Positions 10,677 through 21,152 of a DNA stretch of 64,000 nucleotides are shown piece after piece. The position numbers and the translations under genes were made by a program. Positions within the stretch are counted from its first letter, which is position 1; each line of letters begins with the position of its first letter. Under the pieces are notes generated by a model. That model made no database searches. It saw only the letters and a program-made list of their open reading frames with translations, and had not been told where the DNA came from. Source of the DNA: a virus (taxonomy: Duplodnaviria; Caudoviricetes); the IMG/VR virus record IMGVR_UViG_2541047295_000015, positions 1-64,000 of that record. One strand, given 5' to 3'.

Positions 10677-10710
10677 GCCCTACTCTTAATTGAGTAGGGG
10701 TTATTTTTTT
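10677..10710 (+). terminator. Intrinsic terminator
   Basis: gccctactc-ttaatt-gagtagggg followed by ttattttttt. Confidence 0.8.
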
Positions 10711-10768
10711 AAGTTCAAATATAATTTTAATCGGATTTAAACTTAAAAAAATGAAAGAAGGTGATAAG

Positions 10769-11554
10769 TTGGTATTTTTAGATGATAAGTTTTTATTTGA
10801 TAATATCTCAAGTGAATCTATGAACATCAAGTTGGTTACATTGGGTGATGATGATATTTTAAATGAATATGGGTTACCTTATGAAGAAGCAATTAAATCT
10901 GATAATACTTTTAATAAGAATCCTTGTTACTCGGAGGATGAAACTACTATTGAACCCATAACATTACAATTCTGTTTGTGTAGTGAACATGGAGAGGCTT
11001 ATGAGTGGGATGATTATACTTTAGAGAATATATGTAATTGGTTTTGGCAGAGAGAATTTAAACCATTTATATCCTTTGACAATATAGAAGAAATCTATTA
11101 TCTTAAAGCAAGAAAAATAATAAAAAAGTATACAAAAGATAAAAAAGGCGTGTTAGAAATAGAGTTTCAGCCATACACAAATTATGCTTATAAAAACTTT
11201 CAAAAGGTGATAACTGTTAAAGATACAAGAGAAATTAAACTAAATAATGTATCTAATGTAGATGAAGAATATGCCCCAGTAATTGATATTGAGTGTTTGA
11301 AAGATGGAGATATAACTATTAGAAATTCTACTATCAGTGATAATGAAGAAGATAGTTTAGTTATAAGTGGATTAGAATTAAATGAGAAAATAATGATAGA
11401 TAATTTGTACTATACTGTTTTAAATGACAATGGAGAGAATAGATTTAATATTGTTAATAGAAAGTGGATTAGGTTAAGAAGAGGTGTAAATATATTGAAA
11501 TTTACTGGAAACTGTAAAGTTTCTATTAAGTGTAAATATCCAATAATAAAATAA
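10769..11554 (+). CDS. Distal tail (Dit)-like protein
   Basis: Siphophage tail-component pattern (ITLQF...W...FQPY..YAY; WIRLRRGVNILKFTG); likely TTG start after gaaggtga. Confidence 0.6.
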   Translation: MVFLDDKFLFDNISSESMNIKLVTLGDDDILNEYGLPYEEAIKSDNTFNKNPCYSEDETTIEPITLQFCLCSEHGEAYEWDDYTLENICNWFWQREFKPFISFDNIEEIYYLKARKIIKKYTKDKKGVLEIEFQPYTNYAYKNFQKVITVKDTREIKLNNVSNVDEEYAPVIDIECLKDGDITIRNSTISDNEEDSLVISGLELNEKIMIDNLYYTVLNDNGENRFNIVNRKWIRLRRGVNILKFTGNCKVSIKCKYPIIK

Positions 11555-11567
11555 GGGAGAGATAGAT

Positions 11568-12017
11568 ATGAATAAGATACAAGTAGATAAATTAATGCAA
11601 GATGAGGTTAGAGCTATTATACCTATTGTAGATGAGAATGGTAAAGAGGAGTACATAGAGGTTAGAAATCCTGATAAGAAAACTAAGGAAGAGATATTAA
11701 ATAAAATATGGGCTGGTATGGAAAATCCAGATTTAGCATTGTCTCAAGAAGATATTCTTAAAATGTTGGTTGATGAGTTGACTAATATAGAACTAAATAT
11801 TGAAATAGAAAATTTAATAAATGGTAATATATCTAGTGAATTAGAAACTGTGATGTATCACATAGGTCAAATAGAAAATGAATTAACTGCATCTTTATTA
11901 ATGAATACTGAGGTTAAGTTAGGTCAGTTAAAAAATGAAATGTTACAAGATAGAGTACTTAAAGAGACTGAGGAAATTGAAAAGATGAATAATATCAAAG
12001 ATAAGGTAGTGAATTAG
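11568..12017 (+). CDS. Hypothetical protein (possible tail chaperone)
   Basis: 149 aa acidic ORF with RBS. Confidence 0.5.
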   Translation: MNKIQVDKLMQDEVRAIIPIVDENGKEEYIEVRNPDKKTKEEILNKIWAGMENPDLALSQEDILKMLVDELTNIELNIEIENLINGNISSELETVMYHIGQIENELTASLLMNTEVKLGQLKNEMLQDRVLKETEEIEKMNNIKDKVVN

Positions 12018-12452
12018 ATGGTATTTAAATCATTAGACGAAGTAGTTGCTTATACTAAAGTTAAGATTGCTGCATCTATGCCAGAAGTTGGAGAAGAAAT
12101 GAAGGAAATTATGAAAGAAGAGGTAGTTAAACAGGCTTATGGAAGTTTTATTCCAACTATTTATGAAAGAACAGGAGATTTATTAGATGCTTCCGAAATA
12201 GCTGAGATTACTGCAAATTCTGTTACATCTGAGATAAAAGATAATGGAGGATGGAGTTCTCTTAGAGGTGGTCATTTCTTTCCTATGTATGGGTTTGAAG
12301 GTGGTAGTGTTTGGACTCATGGTAGCACTAAAGAAGAACCTAAGTTTAGACCAAAGACAAATATAATGAATGAAAGTGAAGCTAAAGTAAGAACTAAGAT
12401 ACCAAAGTGCTTTAAATCTAAAATGAATGAATTAGGAGTACCTTTAGGATAA
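12018..12452 (+). CDS. HK97 gp10-like neck/tail completion protein (putative)
   Basis: YERTGDL motif and size. Confidence 0.45.
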   Translation: MVFKSLDEVVAYTKVKIAASMPEVGEEMKEIMKEEVVKQAYGSFIPTIYERTGDLLDASEIAEITANSVTSEIKDNGGWSSLRGGHFFPMYGFEGGSVWTHGSTKEEPKFRPKTNIMNESEAKVRTKIPKCFKSKMNELGVPLG

Positions 12453-12715
12453 CTAATGAAGAGTTGTTTTCATAAGCGGAAAAATACAATTGGACTATCA
12501 AAGAATTTAGGATACTTATTAGCAAAGTTTGAATGCTAAAAATTTAGAAAAAATAATTGCAGATATGAGAAAAAAGCTGTTATAAAAGTAGAATAAATTA
12601 CTAAACAACAGCTTTTATATACTTTCAAAACCTAATCTACTTAGGCAATTACTTCAAACAGATTAATCAAATAAAGTCTATTCAATTATTCTATATTTTG
12701 AATCATATTAAAATC

Positions 12716-13666
12716 CTAAATAATTTGCAAAAACCTTATCATCAAATCTTTTACATTTGTAAATGATAATGCAGGAAAGCTTTGCAAATAATGGCCTATA
12801 ATTGGGAAAAATATTACAGCATGAGAAAATTCCACATGTTTATCCTTACCAATATCATCTGGGTTCAACATTCCGCAATTATGATAAAGTTCCACAACAT
12901 GGCATAATTCATGAACAAATACATTGAAGAAATTTGCCTCTATAGGTACTTTTGCTATAGTCTGAAATATATCCTTGGCCATGTCACTTGTGGTTGAATT
13001 GAACTTGTTAGTCCAGTTTTGTTGTTCTTTAACATTTCGAATAACTTTCCTAAATGTAAGTAATTCTCTTACAAAATCAAATTTATTTTGAGTATAAATT
13101 CCTGTATTTTTTATGGCTTCATAAGTTTTTAAATCATGATTCATGTTCTCTAATTTTAGTTCAATAAGGAAATCTTTATCTTTTAAATGTGATGTATAAC
13201 CATAAGAGCTAATGTTACTTAAGCATGAAACTACAAGACTATAATCACCTGAACTTTTATAAAGTTCTTCAGTAAACTTTCTTTCATCATAATTTATTTT
13301 GTTTAAATTTTGTTGATTGTAAAATAAATAGTAAACATCAAATCCAGGATTGCAAAATTTCCAATTTATTTGATTAAACCAAGCACATGAAATCATTGAC
13401 AAAATTGACGAAAATTCACAATTACCATAAGTATCACCATATGATGATATGAACAAAATGTTTCTTTTAAAGCTATTATCTTGTATTTTGTTTAACTTTT
13501 TGTTATAGTCTGTACTAAAATAACCTACTTTTACTTTTAAATCATCTCCGTTAACTCCACGTAATGTTCTTTCTATTAGACTTAAATTATCACAAGTAGA
13601 AACACCTGCTTCTTTATCAATATCAAAAAATATCTTTGACATAAAATATCTACTGATACTAGTCAT
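12716..13666 (-). CDS. Hypothetical protein with a C-terminal HExxH zincin-like motif
   Basis: 316 aa antisense to the operon; FVHELCHVVE. Confidence 0.6.
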   Translation of the reverse strand: MTSISRYFMSKIFFDIDKEAGVSTCDNLSLIERTLRGVNGDDLKVKVGYFSTDYNKKLNKIQDNSFKRNILFISSYGDTYGNCEFSSILSMISCAWFNQINWKFCNPGFDVYYLFYNQQNLNKINYDERKFTEELYKSSGDYSLVVSCLSNISSYGYTSHLKDKDFLIELKLENMNHDLKTYEAIKNTGIYTQNKFDFVRELLTFRKVIRNVKEQQNWTNKFNSTTSDMAKDIFQTIAKVPIEANFFNVFVHELCHVVELYHNCGMLNPDDIGKDKHVEFSHAVIFFPIIGHYLQSFPALSFTNVKDLMIRFLQII

Positions 13667-14085
13667 ATTATGTTTCCCTATATTACTTAATCAACTAAGT
13701 AACAGCTTATTAAGTAATACTTTCCTTTCATTAGAATATATAACTATAATTAGTTATGATGGTTTATTTTGAATATGATTAAATTGAAATGAATAATTAT
13801 TTTTTTAATAGCTATTTAAAAAAAGTTAAAAGTATAAGTAATATCTTAATTTTAAAAAATTTAATATTCCATGAATAGTTATATAATTGAAAAATATTCA
13901 TGGTAATATATATGGAAAATTATACCATATATATTTTGCTATAGATAGTTTTTAATTACAAATTATTTTACTCAATTCTACAATAATTAAATTTGGTTTC
14001 TCAACTATAAAATATATAAATATTACTTTAATAAATAAGTGTTTTTATACACTAAAAAAATAGATGATATATGCATGGAAGAATT

Positions 14086-14392
14086 AGATAACTATGAAGT
14101 TTTGTTCTTTAAGGCTATTTCAGAGACAATACATTACTGTTGCAAACTGGTTAAAAGATTCCAAGAAAGTAAATTTGTTAGTAAAGAATATTGTTGATAT
14201 TTATAGTATAGAACATGCCTTCCTGATGGAAAGATTTGAACATGGTGGAGTATAGGAGCATGGTAGTACTAAAGATAATCTATATATAGACCTTAAGCTT
14301 ATTATATGATGAGAGCAAAGCTAAAGCACAAGAGATAGTACCTAGATGTTTTTAAAACTACAATGAATGGATTAGGTGTACCAGTAGAATAA
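14086..14392 (+). pseudogene. Chimeric relic of fragments of the 17270 gene and the 12018 gene
   Basis: 14086-14126 resembles 17527-17567; 14137-14199 resembles 18258-18320; 14214-14392 is a degenerate copy of 12273-12452. Confidence 0.8.
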
Positions 14393-14480
14393 ACTTTATC
14401 TTTGTCGAATTTAAACGGTTTAAACATAATATATTGACTGATATAATAAAATCATAGAATATTTTAGGGGGAAATATATT

Positions 14481-15518
14481 ATGTTTAAGAAAAAGTTAAT
14501 AACTATAGTAATGAGTGTGACTATGATTAGTATAGGGAGCTTTTCATATGCTCATTCAGGAAGAACTGATTCGTCTGGAGGCCATCGTGACAATAAGAAT
14601 AAATCTGGATTAGGAAGTTATCACTATCATTGTGGTGGTTATCCAGCTCATCTACATAATAATGGTGGTTGTCCTTATACTGGAGGAGGAAGTAGCTATG
14701 GAACAACAACAACTTCGGTTAATAATGAAGAAAAGCAAAAGAAATCTGTTGGAGAAAAAGGATATAATCAAGGCTATGAGGATGGGTATAAAGGAAGTTA
14801 TAGTTCAGCAAGTTATAGTGGAGATTATAGTGATACATATGAATCAAAGTACTCAGAAGGATATGAAAAAGGAAAAGCTAAATTAGTAGAGGAAGAAAAA
14901 TTAGCTGAAGAGTCAGGATATAATTTAGGACTTACAGGTGTTAAATCTAATAACACATATGAAAAAGAAGCTTTAAAAAGTGCTTATGATACTGGATATT
15001 CAAATGGATACAATGAATATAAGACTAAAAAGATAGAAGAATATAAAGCTAAAGGAATAGAGGATAGTAACAAAGATAAAGAGAAAATGACATTTGAAGA
15101 AAATATAGATTCTGAGTTTAAAGATGCTTATAATAGTGCTTATGATGAAATACAAGAACAATTAAAAAATGATTATAACACTAAAGGATTTGAGAGTGCT
15201 ATCAAAGGAGAAAAGTTTGATACATCAACTATAGGTAATGTTAAATATTCTAATTGGTTTAAAGAAGGATATGATAATGGTAAAGTTAAACTACCTAAAG
15301 TAAAAGAAAGTGTATATAATCAAGGTTACAATGAAGAAGATTTTAGTGTACCAAGTGAAATGAAGTCTATTGAGACTAAGTTAAAAGGTGTATATGATGA
15401 AGGGGTAGAAAAAAGAGAAGAAGAGAAAAGTAGAAATATTACATATGGTGTTGGAGCTGGAACTGTAGCAGTAGCTGCTGGAGTAGTATATAAAAAGAAA
15501 AAGCATAAAAAGATATAG
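14481..15518 (+). CDS. Secreted/membrane-anchored YHYH-domain protein
   Basis: Signal peptide, HSGRTD..GGH..YHYHCG, GY..GY repeats, C-terminal hydrophobic segment with a basic tail. Confidence 0.75.
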   Translation: MFKKKLITIVMSVTMISIGSFSYAHSGRTDSSGGHRDNKNKSGLGSYHYHCGGYPAHLHNNGGCPYTGGGSSYGTTTTSVNNEEKQKKSVGEKGYNQGYEDGYKGSYSSASYSGDYSDTYESKYSEGYEKGKAKLVEEEKLAEESGYNLGLTGVKSNNTYEKEALKSAYDTGYSNGYNEYKTKKIEEYKAKGIEDSNKDKEKMTFEENIDSEFKDAYNSAYDEIQEQLKNDYNTKGFESAIKGEKFDTSTIGNVKYSNWFKEGYDNGKVKLPKVKESVYNQGYNEEDFSVPSEMKSIETKLKGVYDEGVEKREEEKSRNITYGVGAGTVAVAAGVVYKKKKHKKI

Positions 15519-15603
15519 ATACTAGATATACCAATGATGACAAGTGTATGACAAATATAATTTTAAGTATATTTATTTGAAATATATAAGGGAGGTTGTA
15601 TCT

Positions 15604-15807
15604 GTGGGATTTAATTTTAGAAAAAGCATAAACCTAGGTGGTGGAGTAAAATTAAATTTAGGTAAGAAAAGTGTAGGTATAAGTGCTGGTGTTAAAGGTG
15701 CTAGAGTCTCTGTTAATTCAAAAGGAAGAAAATCAGCTACATTGAGTATACCTGGAACTGGGATATCATATACAAAGACAAGTACAAAAAAGCGTAAACC
15801 TAAATAA
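15604..15807 (+). CDS. DUF4236-like small basic protein
   Basis: GTG start after ggagg; MGFNFRKSI...SIPGTGISY. Confidence 0.75.
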   Translation: MGFNFRKSINLGGGVKLNLGKKSVGISAGVKGARVSVNSKGRKSATLSIPGTGISYTKTSTKKRKPK

Positions 15808-15972
15808 ATATCACTAAAAATAGACTGTTATAGATGGTCTATTTTTATTTTATGGATTTAAAAAAATAAAAGAATTTTGAAATAGAAACTAATTTTATAA
15901 AGGAAAATCACTATTAATGTAGAATTATAATATTTGAGTAATATTATAAAAAATTTATAGGGGGATTTTATT

Positions 15973-17133
15973 ATGAAATTAAGCAAAAAATTGTTAGCAA
16001 TAGGGATATCTATTTCATTATTGATTGTTAGTTGTCCAACATCAAATGCTCTTAGTTCTATTAGTTCAATAAAAGGTGTAAATAAATATGAAACAGCAGG
16101 TCTTATAGCAGATAAACAAAACTATGATACTGCCATACTTATTAATTCTGAAAATGGATTATCTGATGGATTATCTGCGAGTGGCTTAGCAGGAGCTAAG
16201 AATGCACCAATATTATTGACTAAGAAAGATACAATACCTTCAGAAACATTAAAGAGACTAGAAAAAGTCAAAGAAGTATATCTAATTGGAGGAGAAAAGT
16301 CAATAGGAGTATCAGTTCAGAAAGTATTAATTGATAAAAAAATAAATATAAATAGAATAAGTGGAACTGATAGAATAGATACAAGCCACAAAGTTGCAAA
16401 AGAAATAGGAAGTGTAAGTGCTGTTAAAAAAGTAATACTAGCTAATGCTTTTAAAGGTGAGCCAGATGCTATGAGTGCCGCATCTGTAGCGGTTAGAGAT
16501 AAGGCAGCTATAATATTAACTGATGGAAATACTACAAACTTTGCTACAGATGGATTGGAAACTTATGCAATTGGTGGAAAAGCTAGTATGAATGACAAAT
16601 TAATAAATGAAACTAAGGCAACAAGAATAGGTGGAGTGGATAGATACGATACAAATAAACAAATAATAAATAAATTTTACAATGGTTCAAAAGAATTTTA
16701 TATAGCAAGTGGAACTGATTTAGTTTATTCTTTAGTTGGTTCTACAATTGCACAAAAAGCACCTATTGTGTTAGTTGGAAATGGAAGTAATAAGAGTATA
16801 TTAAAAAATGCAAGTAAAATAACTGCTATTGGAAATATTGATGATAGTGTTACAAAACAGTGCCTAAATATAACTAATAATATTGGAGATTCAAATACAG
16901 GTATTGTAAAAGATACTAACTCAAATAATACAAATAAACCAAGTAATGAGCCTAGTTCTAATAACTCTGGATTAACTGATAAGAGTATAGTATATGTAGT
17001 TCCTAATGGAAAATCATATCATCTAACAAAAAATTGTTCTACATTAAAAAGAAGTAAAACAATAAATAAAGTAACATTAAAACAAGCCAAGTCACAAGGT
17101 AAAACAGATCCTTGTAATGTTTGTGTAAGATAA
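15973..17133 (+). CDS. Cell wall-binding repeat 2 (CWB2) Cwp-family surface protein
   Basis: Signal peptide; three CWB2 repeats (GVNKYETA, PILL; GTDRIDTS, AIIL; GVDRYDTN, PIVL); C-terminal YH...C...PCNVC zinc-like module. Confidence 0.85.
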   Translation: MKLSKKLLAIGISISLLIVSCPTSNALSSISSIKGVNKYETAGLIADKQNYDTAILINSENGLSDGLSASGLAGAKNAPILLTKKDTIPSETLKRLEKVKEVYLIGGEKSIGVSVQKVLIDKKININRISGTDRIDTSHKVAKEIGSVSAVKKVILANAFKGEPDAMSAASVAVRDKAAIILTDGNTTNFATDGLETYAIGGKASMNDKLINETKATRIGGVDRYDTNKQIINKFYNGSKEFYIASGTDLVYSLVGSTIAQKAPIVLVGNGSNKSILKNASKITAIGNIDDSVTKQCLNITNNIGDSNTGIVKDTNSNNTNKPSNEPSSNNSGLTDKSIVYVVPNGKSYHLTKNCSTLKRSKTINKVTLKQAKSQGKTDPCNVCVR

Positions 17134-17269
17134 TATTTAAAGATATTTTGTATAAAAAGGTATCTTAAGAGTATGATTTTATATATGTAAGAGTGATATG
17201 ATACCCACAATATGCCAATATGTGCTATAATTTTATTTAAATATATAATAGTGAATGTGAGGGGATATT

Positions 17270-18349
17270 GTGGGTCAAAAAGAAATTAAATGCCCTAAAT
17301 GTAAAGAAAGCATTATGGTAGATGATTCTAAAGAAGTTTGTTTCTGTGTAAATTGTGGCGAGAAAATAGATTTTAAAAAAATAAGTTTGAAAAAAGCACC
17401 TCTTGATTCTGATATGTATAAAGATGAGCATTCTATAAATCTCTCTAAATTGGCTAAAATAGAATATGATGCATGCAATTGGTATAAGGCATATGAGTAT
17501 TATTGTCAAATTTTTAATTCAAATCCAGATAATTATGAAGCTTTATTCTTTAAGGCTATTTCAGAGATAAGGTCATCTGATTTATATAATTTAAATTCTG
17601 AGATATGTTTAAATTATATAAAACAATCATGGAATTTATTTGGAAAGACAAATCCAAATTCTGAAAAAATATTTAGACAAAAACGTATAATGGCAACTGA
17701 ACTATATAATTCAGGAATAGAAAAGTTTAATTATTCGAAGAATAATTATTCTAAAAATGAAACTTCTCAAGATAAAATAAATTTATATTTAAATGATTGT
17801 GAAAAATGTAGACAGATATTTTCATATAATGTTAAGTTTTTGCAAGATTATAGAATGGAAGAGGATAAAAACTTAAAAAAAGTATATTTAGATTCTATAA
17901 GAAATCTAAATATATGTATTGCAGAACTTTGTAAAGAATATAGCTGTATTGTAGGTTTTGACTATGAAAAAAATAAAAATGTTATGTCAACATGTGGTAT
18001 AGAGGATGAGTTTAGACAAACACTTTTAGAGTCATATGAAGAGAATGTGCTTGTAATGAATAAATATGAACCAGATTATGACCCACCAGAAATACATAGT
18101 CCAACCAAAAATAATGAAGGTTGTTATATAGCTACTGCTGTATATGCTTCTTATGATGCACCAGAAGTATTGGTTTTAAGATATTTTAGAGATAATACAT
18201 TGAAAAAACATTTATTAGGAAGAATTTTTATAAAAGTATACTATACTTTAAGTCCGCCTGTTGCAAATTGGTTAAAGGATGCCAAGAAAGTAAATCTATT
18301 AGTAAAAAATATTCTTGATAAGTTTGTACATAGATTAAGTAACAAATAG
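17270..18349 (+). CDS. Zinc-ribbon/TPR protein with a CFI-box-CTERM-like C-terminus
   Basis: CPKC...CVNCG; one TPR-like repeat; GCYIATAVY...LRYFRD...YY..SP. Confidence 0.7.
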   Translation: MGQKEIKCPKCKESIMVDDSKEVCFCVNCGEKIDFKKISLKKAPLDSDMYKDEHSINLSKLAKIEYDACNWYKAYEYYCQIFNSNPDNYEALFFKAISEIRSSDLYNLNSEICLNYIKQSWNLFGKTNPNSEKIFRQKRIMATELYNSGIEKFNYSKNNYSKNETSQDKINLYLNDCEKCRQIFSYNVKFLQDYRMEEDKNLKKVYLDSIRNLNICIAELCKEYSCIVGFDYEKNKNVMSTCGIEDEFRQTLLESYEENVLVMNKYEPDYDPPEIHSPTKNNEGCYIATAVYASYDAPEVLVLRYFRDNTLKKHLLGRIFIKVYYTLSPPVANWLKDAKKVNLLVKNILDKFVHRLSNK

Positions 18350-18359
18350 TGATTCAATA

Positions 18360-18391
18360 GAGACAGTCAATTAAGATTGTCTTTTTTTATT
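18360..18391 (+). terminator. Intrinsic terminator (possibly bidirectional)
   Basis: agacagtc-aattaa-gattgtct plus T-run, between convergent genes. Confidence 0.65.
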
Positions 18392-18407
18392 GAAAAAATA
18401 TAATATT

Positions 18408-18659
18408 TTACATATTATTAAAAAGTAAATTATGAATTATAAAAATAATAAAGATGATAAGTATTAAAATTCCAATAGACATTTGTATTTTTTTATTATT
18501 TTTATAATTTATCCATGTCATTATACTTAATAGAGTTATGAATAATAATGTTATAATTGTTAATGATATTTTAATGATATTTAATAGTTCCAAAATTACT
18601 AATATCATTGATATCACTGAAATCATCAATGATAAATCAGATAAGAATTTCTTTTTCAT
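18408..18659 (-). CDS. Small three-helix membrane protein
   Basis: RBS ggaggt; 83 aa, highly hydrophobic. Confidence 0.6.
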   Translation of the reverse strand: MKKKFLSDLSLMISVISMILVILELLNIIKISLTIITLLFITLLSIMTWINYKNNKKIQMSIGILILIIFIIFIIHNLLFNNM

Positions 18660-18935
18660 AAGATACCTCCAGTTTATATTATATACTTATTATAAACTAA
18701 TAAGGATTGATTTGAAATTATTTTAACATAAGTTAGCTATTTTAATGATGACAGAGGTATGACAATCATAATTAATTAAAGCATATGATTTGAATACTTG
18801 ATTTTACAAATATATACAATTAATAGAGGTAATTCTACATCTTTCCTGCTATAATTATAGTGTTGGTAGAATAGGCTTTGAGGGACAGTAAAATTACTGT
18901 AAGCTTATAACGGATATTATAGGGGGGGATTTTAT

Positions 18936-19673
18936 ATGAGTGAAGATGAAAACAAAGTATCGCAGGAAAATGATAGTACTAAATTTTGTACATCATGTGG
19001 AGAAAAGTTATTAGAAGGACAACTTTTTTGTTCCAAGTGTGGTAAAGGTGTGGATGAAAAAGAAGTAAAAGGTAAAAAAGCACCTATAAATAAAAAATAT
19101 ATTTATATTTTTGCTGGTATAATATTGGTAGTTATAGTGGGAATTTTTGCTAATAATAGTATTAAAGAAAAAAAACAACAAGAGGCAAGAGAAAAATATA
19201 TGATGACTATTATAGATTTTCAAGAGAAAAGTTATGTAGCAGGAGCTAATTTAGAAGATATTTCTGATACTATTCAGACATATTGGAAAGAAAATATTTA
19301 TGATGATAAACATGGCTCTGATATTGATGCTGCTATTTTTTCAGCAATGGCAGATAAAAGTGGTGAAATAGCACAAGCTAAAACATATGATGATGAGCTT
19401 TTAAAAATATATAGTACATTAAAAAATATTCCTGAAGGTAGCGATGATTTAAAAACTATGTTAGAAACAATAGATAAGTTTTATAATTCATATACAAATT
19501 TTTATAGTTTTGCAACTGAACCAAGTGGAAGTTATGTAGATTATTCTGATAGTAATAATACTAAGACAGATGACTTTCTATCAAATTATAGGGCTTTAGA
19601 AAATATAATAAAATCAAATAGTGAATTTGCAAAGATTAAGGCATTATCAGAGAAACAAAAAGAAAAAAGTTAA
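18936..19673 (+). CDS. Zinc-ribbon membrane protein
   Basis: FCTSCG...FCSKCG, one transmembrane segment, helical external domain. Confidence 0.7.
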   Translation: MSEDENKVSQENDSTKFCTSCGEKLLEGQLFCSKCGKGVDEKEVKGKKAPINKKYIYIFAGIILVVIVGIFANNSIKEKKQQEAREKYMMTIIDFQEKSYVAGANLEDISDTIQTYWKENIYDDKHGSDIDAAIFSAMADKSGEIAQAKTYDDELLKIYSTLKNIPEGSDDLKTMLETIDKFYNSYTNFYSFATEPSGSYVDYSDSNNTKTDDFLSNYRALENIIKSNSEFAKIKALSEKQKEKS

Positions 19674-20139
19674 TATTATACATGGTTTAGATCGATAGGT
19701 GCCTTAAATTTATTAATAATGAAATTTTAAAAGATACTTTCTGTGAGGAGGTATCTTTTTTTATTGGAAAAATGTGACCTCGTATATGCGTTTTTAAGGC
19801 TTTGCGAAAATGATTGCTTGTGTTTATACCTTGATTGCTTATGATCGAACATAAGAAGTTGATTTTTTATACTTAAAGTGTTGGAATTTCAACAAGTGTT
19901 CCTGAGAGGAATATTTTGTTTGGTGTTTAGTAACTTCAATGATGACAGAAGTATAACGTAGATAATTATCTTTGTAGATAGTGTTGTGTTTTTAAAACTC
20001 AGTTTAGAGGTTCAGATGTTGTGCATATTAAAATATATAAAAAATGTGGTCAATAAAATAATGCCACATTTAAAAATGAAAAATATTTTCTTTATCTATT
20101 AATTAATATAATATACTTTTATAATAAATTTAAAGACAC

Positions 20140-21021
20140 TTATTTAGATTTTGTGTCTTTTTTTTCATTAAACATACTCATCATGCTACTAAAAGTTTTT
20201 AATTCTTCAATATCTAGTTTCTGAGCTTCAAAATATATTTTTCTTAACAAACTGGAATGTTTAGACTGCTTTTCAGAATCACACGATGTTTCTAATTCAA
20301 CATCTAATATGTCATATTTGTCCACTAGCTGACTATATTCTAGCACAGAATTGAATATATGATCTTTCTTCATATAAGCTTCTATACATTCGTCATCAAG
20401 TTCGATAGCTTTTGTATAGCATTTAAGGGCTTTTTTATATTTATTAATATTACAAAAAGCATCTCCTAATTGAAGATAAGCTTCTATACATTCTTTGTCT
20501 ATTTTTAAAGCCTTTAAATAGTATTCGATAGCTTTTGTATATTTATGAGTACATAAAAATACATTTCCAAGTCCAATATAAGCTCTTATTTCTTGATTGT
20601 CAATTTCAATAGTTTTTTCATACCATTCAATAGCTTTTTCATATTTTTCCAATGCAAAATATGAAAATCCTAAATAATAATATAAATCTATATCATTTGA
20701 ACCATCAGATAATAATTTTTTTGCATATGGTATGTAGTTTCGCCATAAGTCACTGCCATTTGATGTAGATAGCTTACGTTTCATTTCATCTTCTATTCGA
20801 GTTGTATTACCAGAGTCTATAATATCATCATAGTTAACTTCTAAAGCATTTGCAATATTATTTAAAATATTTATATTTGGAATCCTTTTATCATTTTCAT
20901 AATTATAGATGGCATTTTTTGAAAGTCCAGATTCATTCGCTAATTGCTCTTGAGTCCATCCTTTTAAAAGTCTATAATTTTTAATATTTTTTCCTATGCT
21001 ATTGTTGTTCATTAATATCAC
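20140..21021 (-). CDS. XRE helix-turn-helix regulator with TPR repeats
   Basis: IKNYRLLKGWTQEQLA...YENDKRIP HTH followed by about three TPR repeats. Confidence 0.85.
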   Translation of the reverse strand: MILMNNNSIGKNIKNYRLLKGWTQEQLANESGLSKNAIYNYENDKRIPNINILNNIANALEVNYDDIIDSGNTTRIEDEMKRKLSTSNGSDLWRNYIPYAKKLLSDGSNDIDLYYYLGFSYFALEKYEKAIEWYEKTIEIDNQEIRAYIGLGNVFLCTHKYTKAIEYYLKALKIDKECIEAYLQLGDAFCNINKYKKALKCYTKAIELDDECIEAYMKKDHIFNSVLEYSQLVDKYDILDVELETSCDSEKQSKHSSLLRKIYFEAQKLDIEELKTFSSMMSMFNEKKDTKSK

Positions 21022-21079
21022 TCCTTACATTAATTATACAACAAAATCCTACGTTTGTAAAAAATATTCCTACAAAAGG

Positions 21080-21152
21080 TTGAAAATAGTAAAAAATGGT
21101 ATTATAATATAATCATACATAAATACAACAAATGTATGATTGTGTATGATTA
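21080..21152 (+). promoter_or_regulatory. SigA-type promoter and inverted-repeat operator for the antirepressor
   Basis: TTGAAA-17-TATAAT, then aatcataca...tgtatgatt inverted repeat with a second tgtatgatt copy. Confidence 0.55.

Noticed and set aside
9014-12017. Programmed frameshift in a tail assembly chaperone pair
   Set aside because: No overlapping ORF pair with a clear slippery site could be identified
12453-12715. Possible gene remnant after the 12018 gene
   Set aside because: Looks coding-like in places, but I could not match it to any family or to another part of the window
19680-20139. Arbitrium/RRNPP signalling peptide gene downstream of the HTH-TPR regulator
   Set aside because: No small ORF with an RBS and signal peptide found by eye on the minus strand
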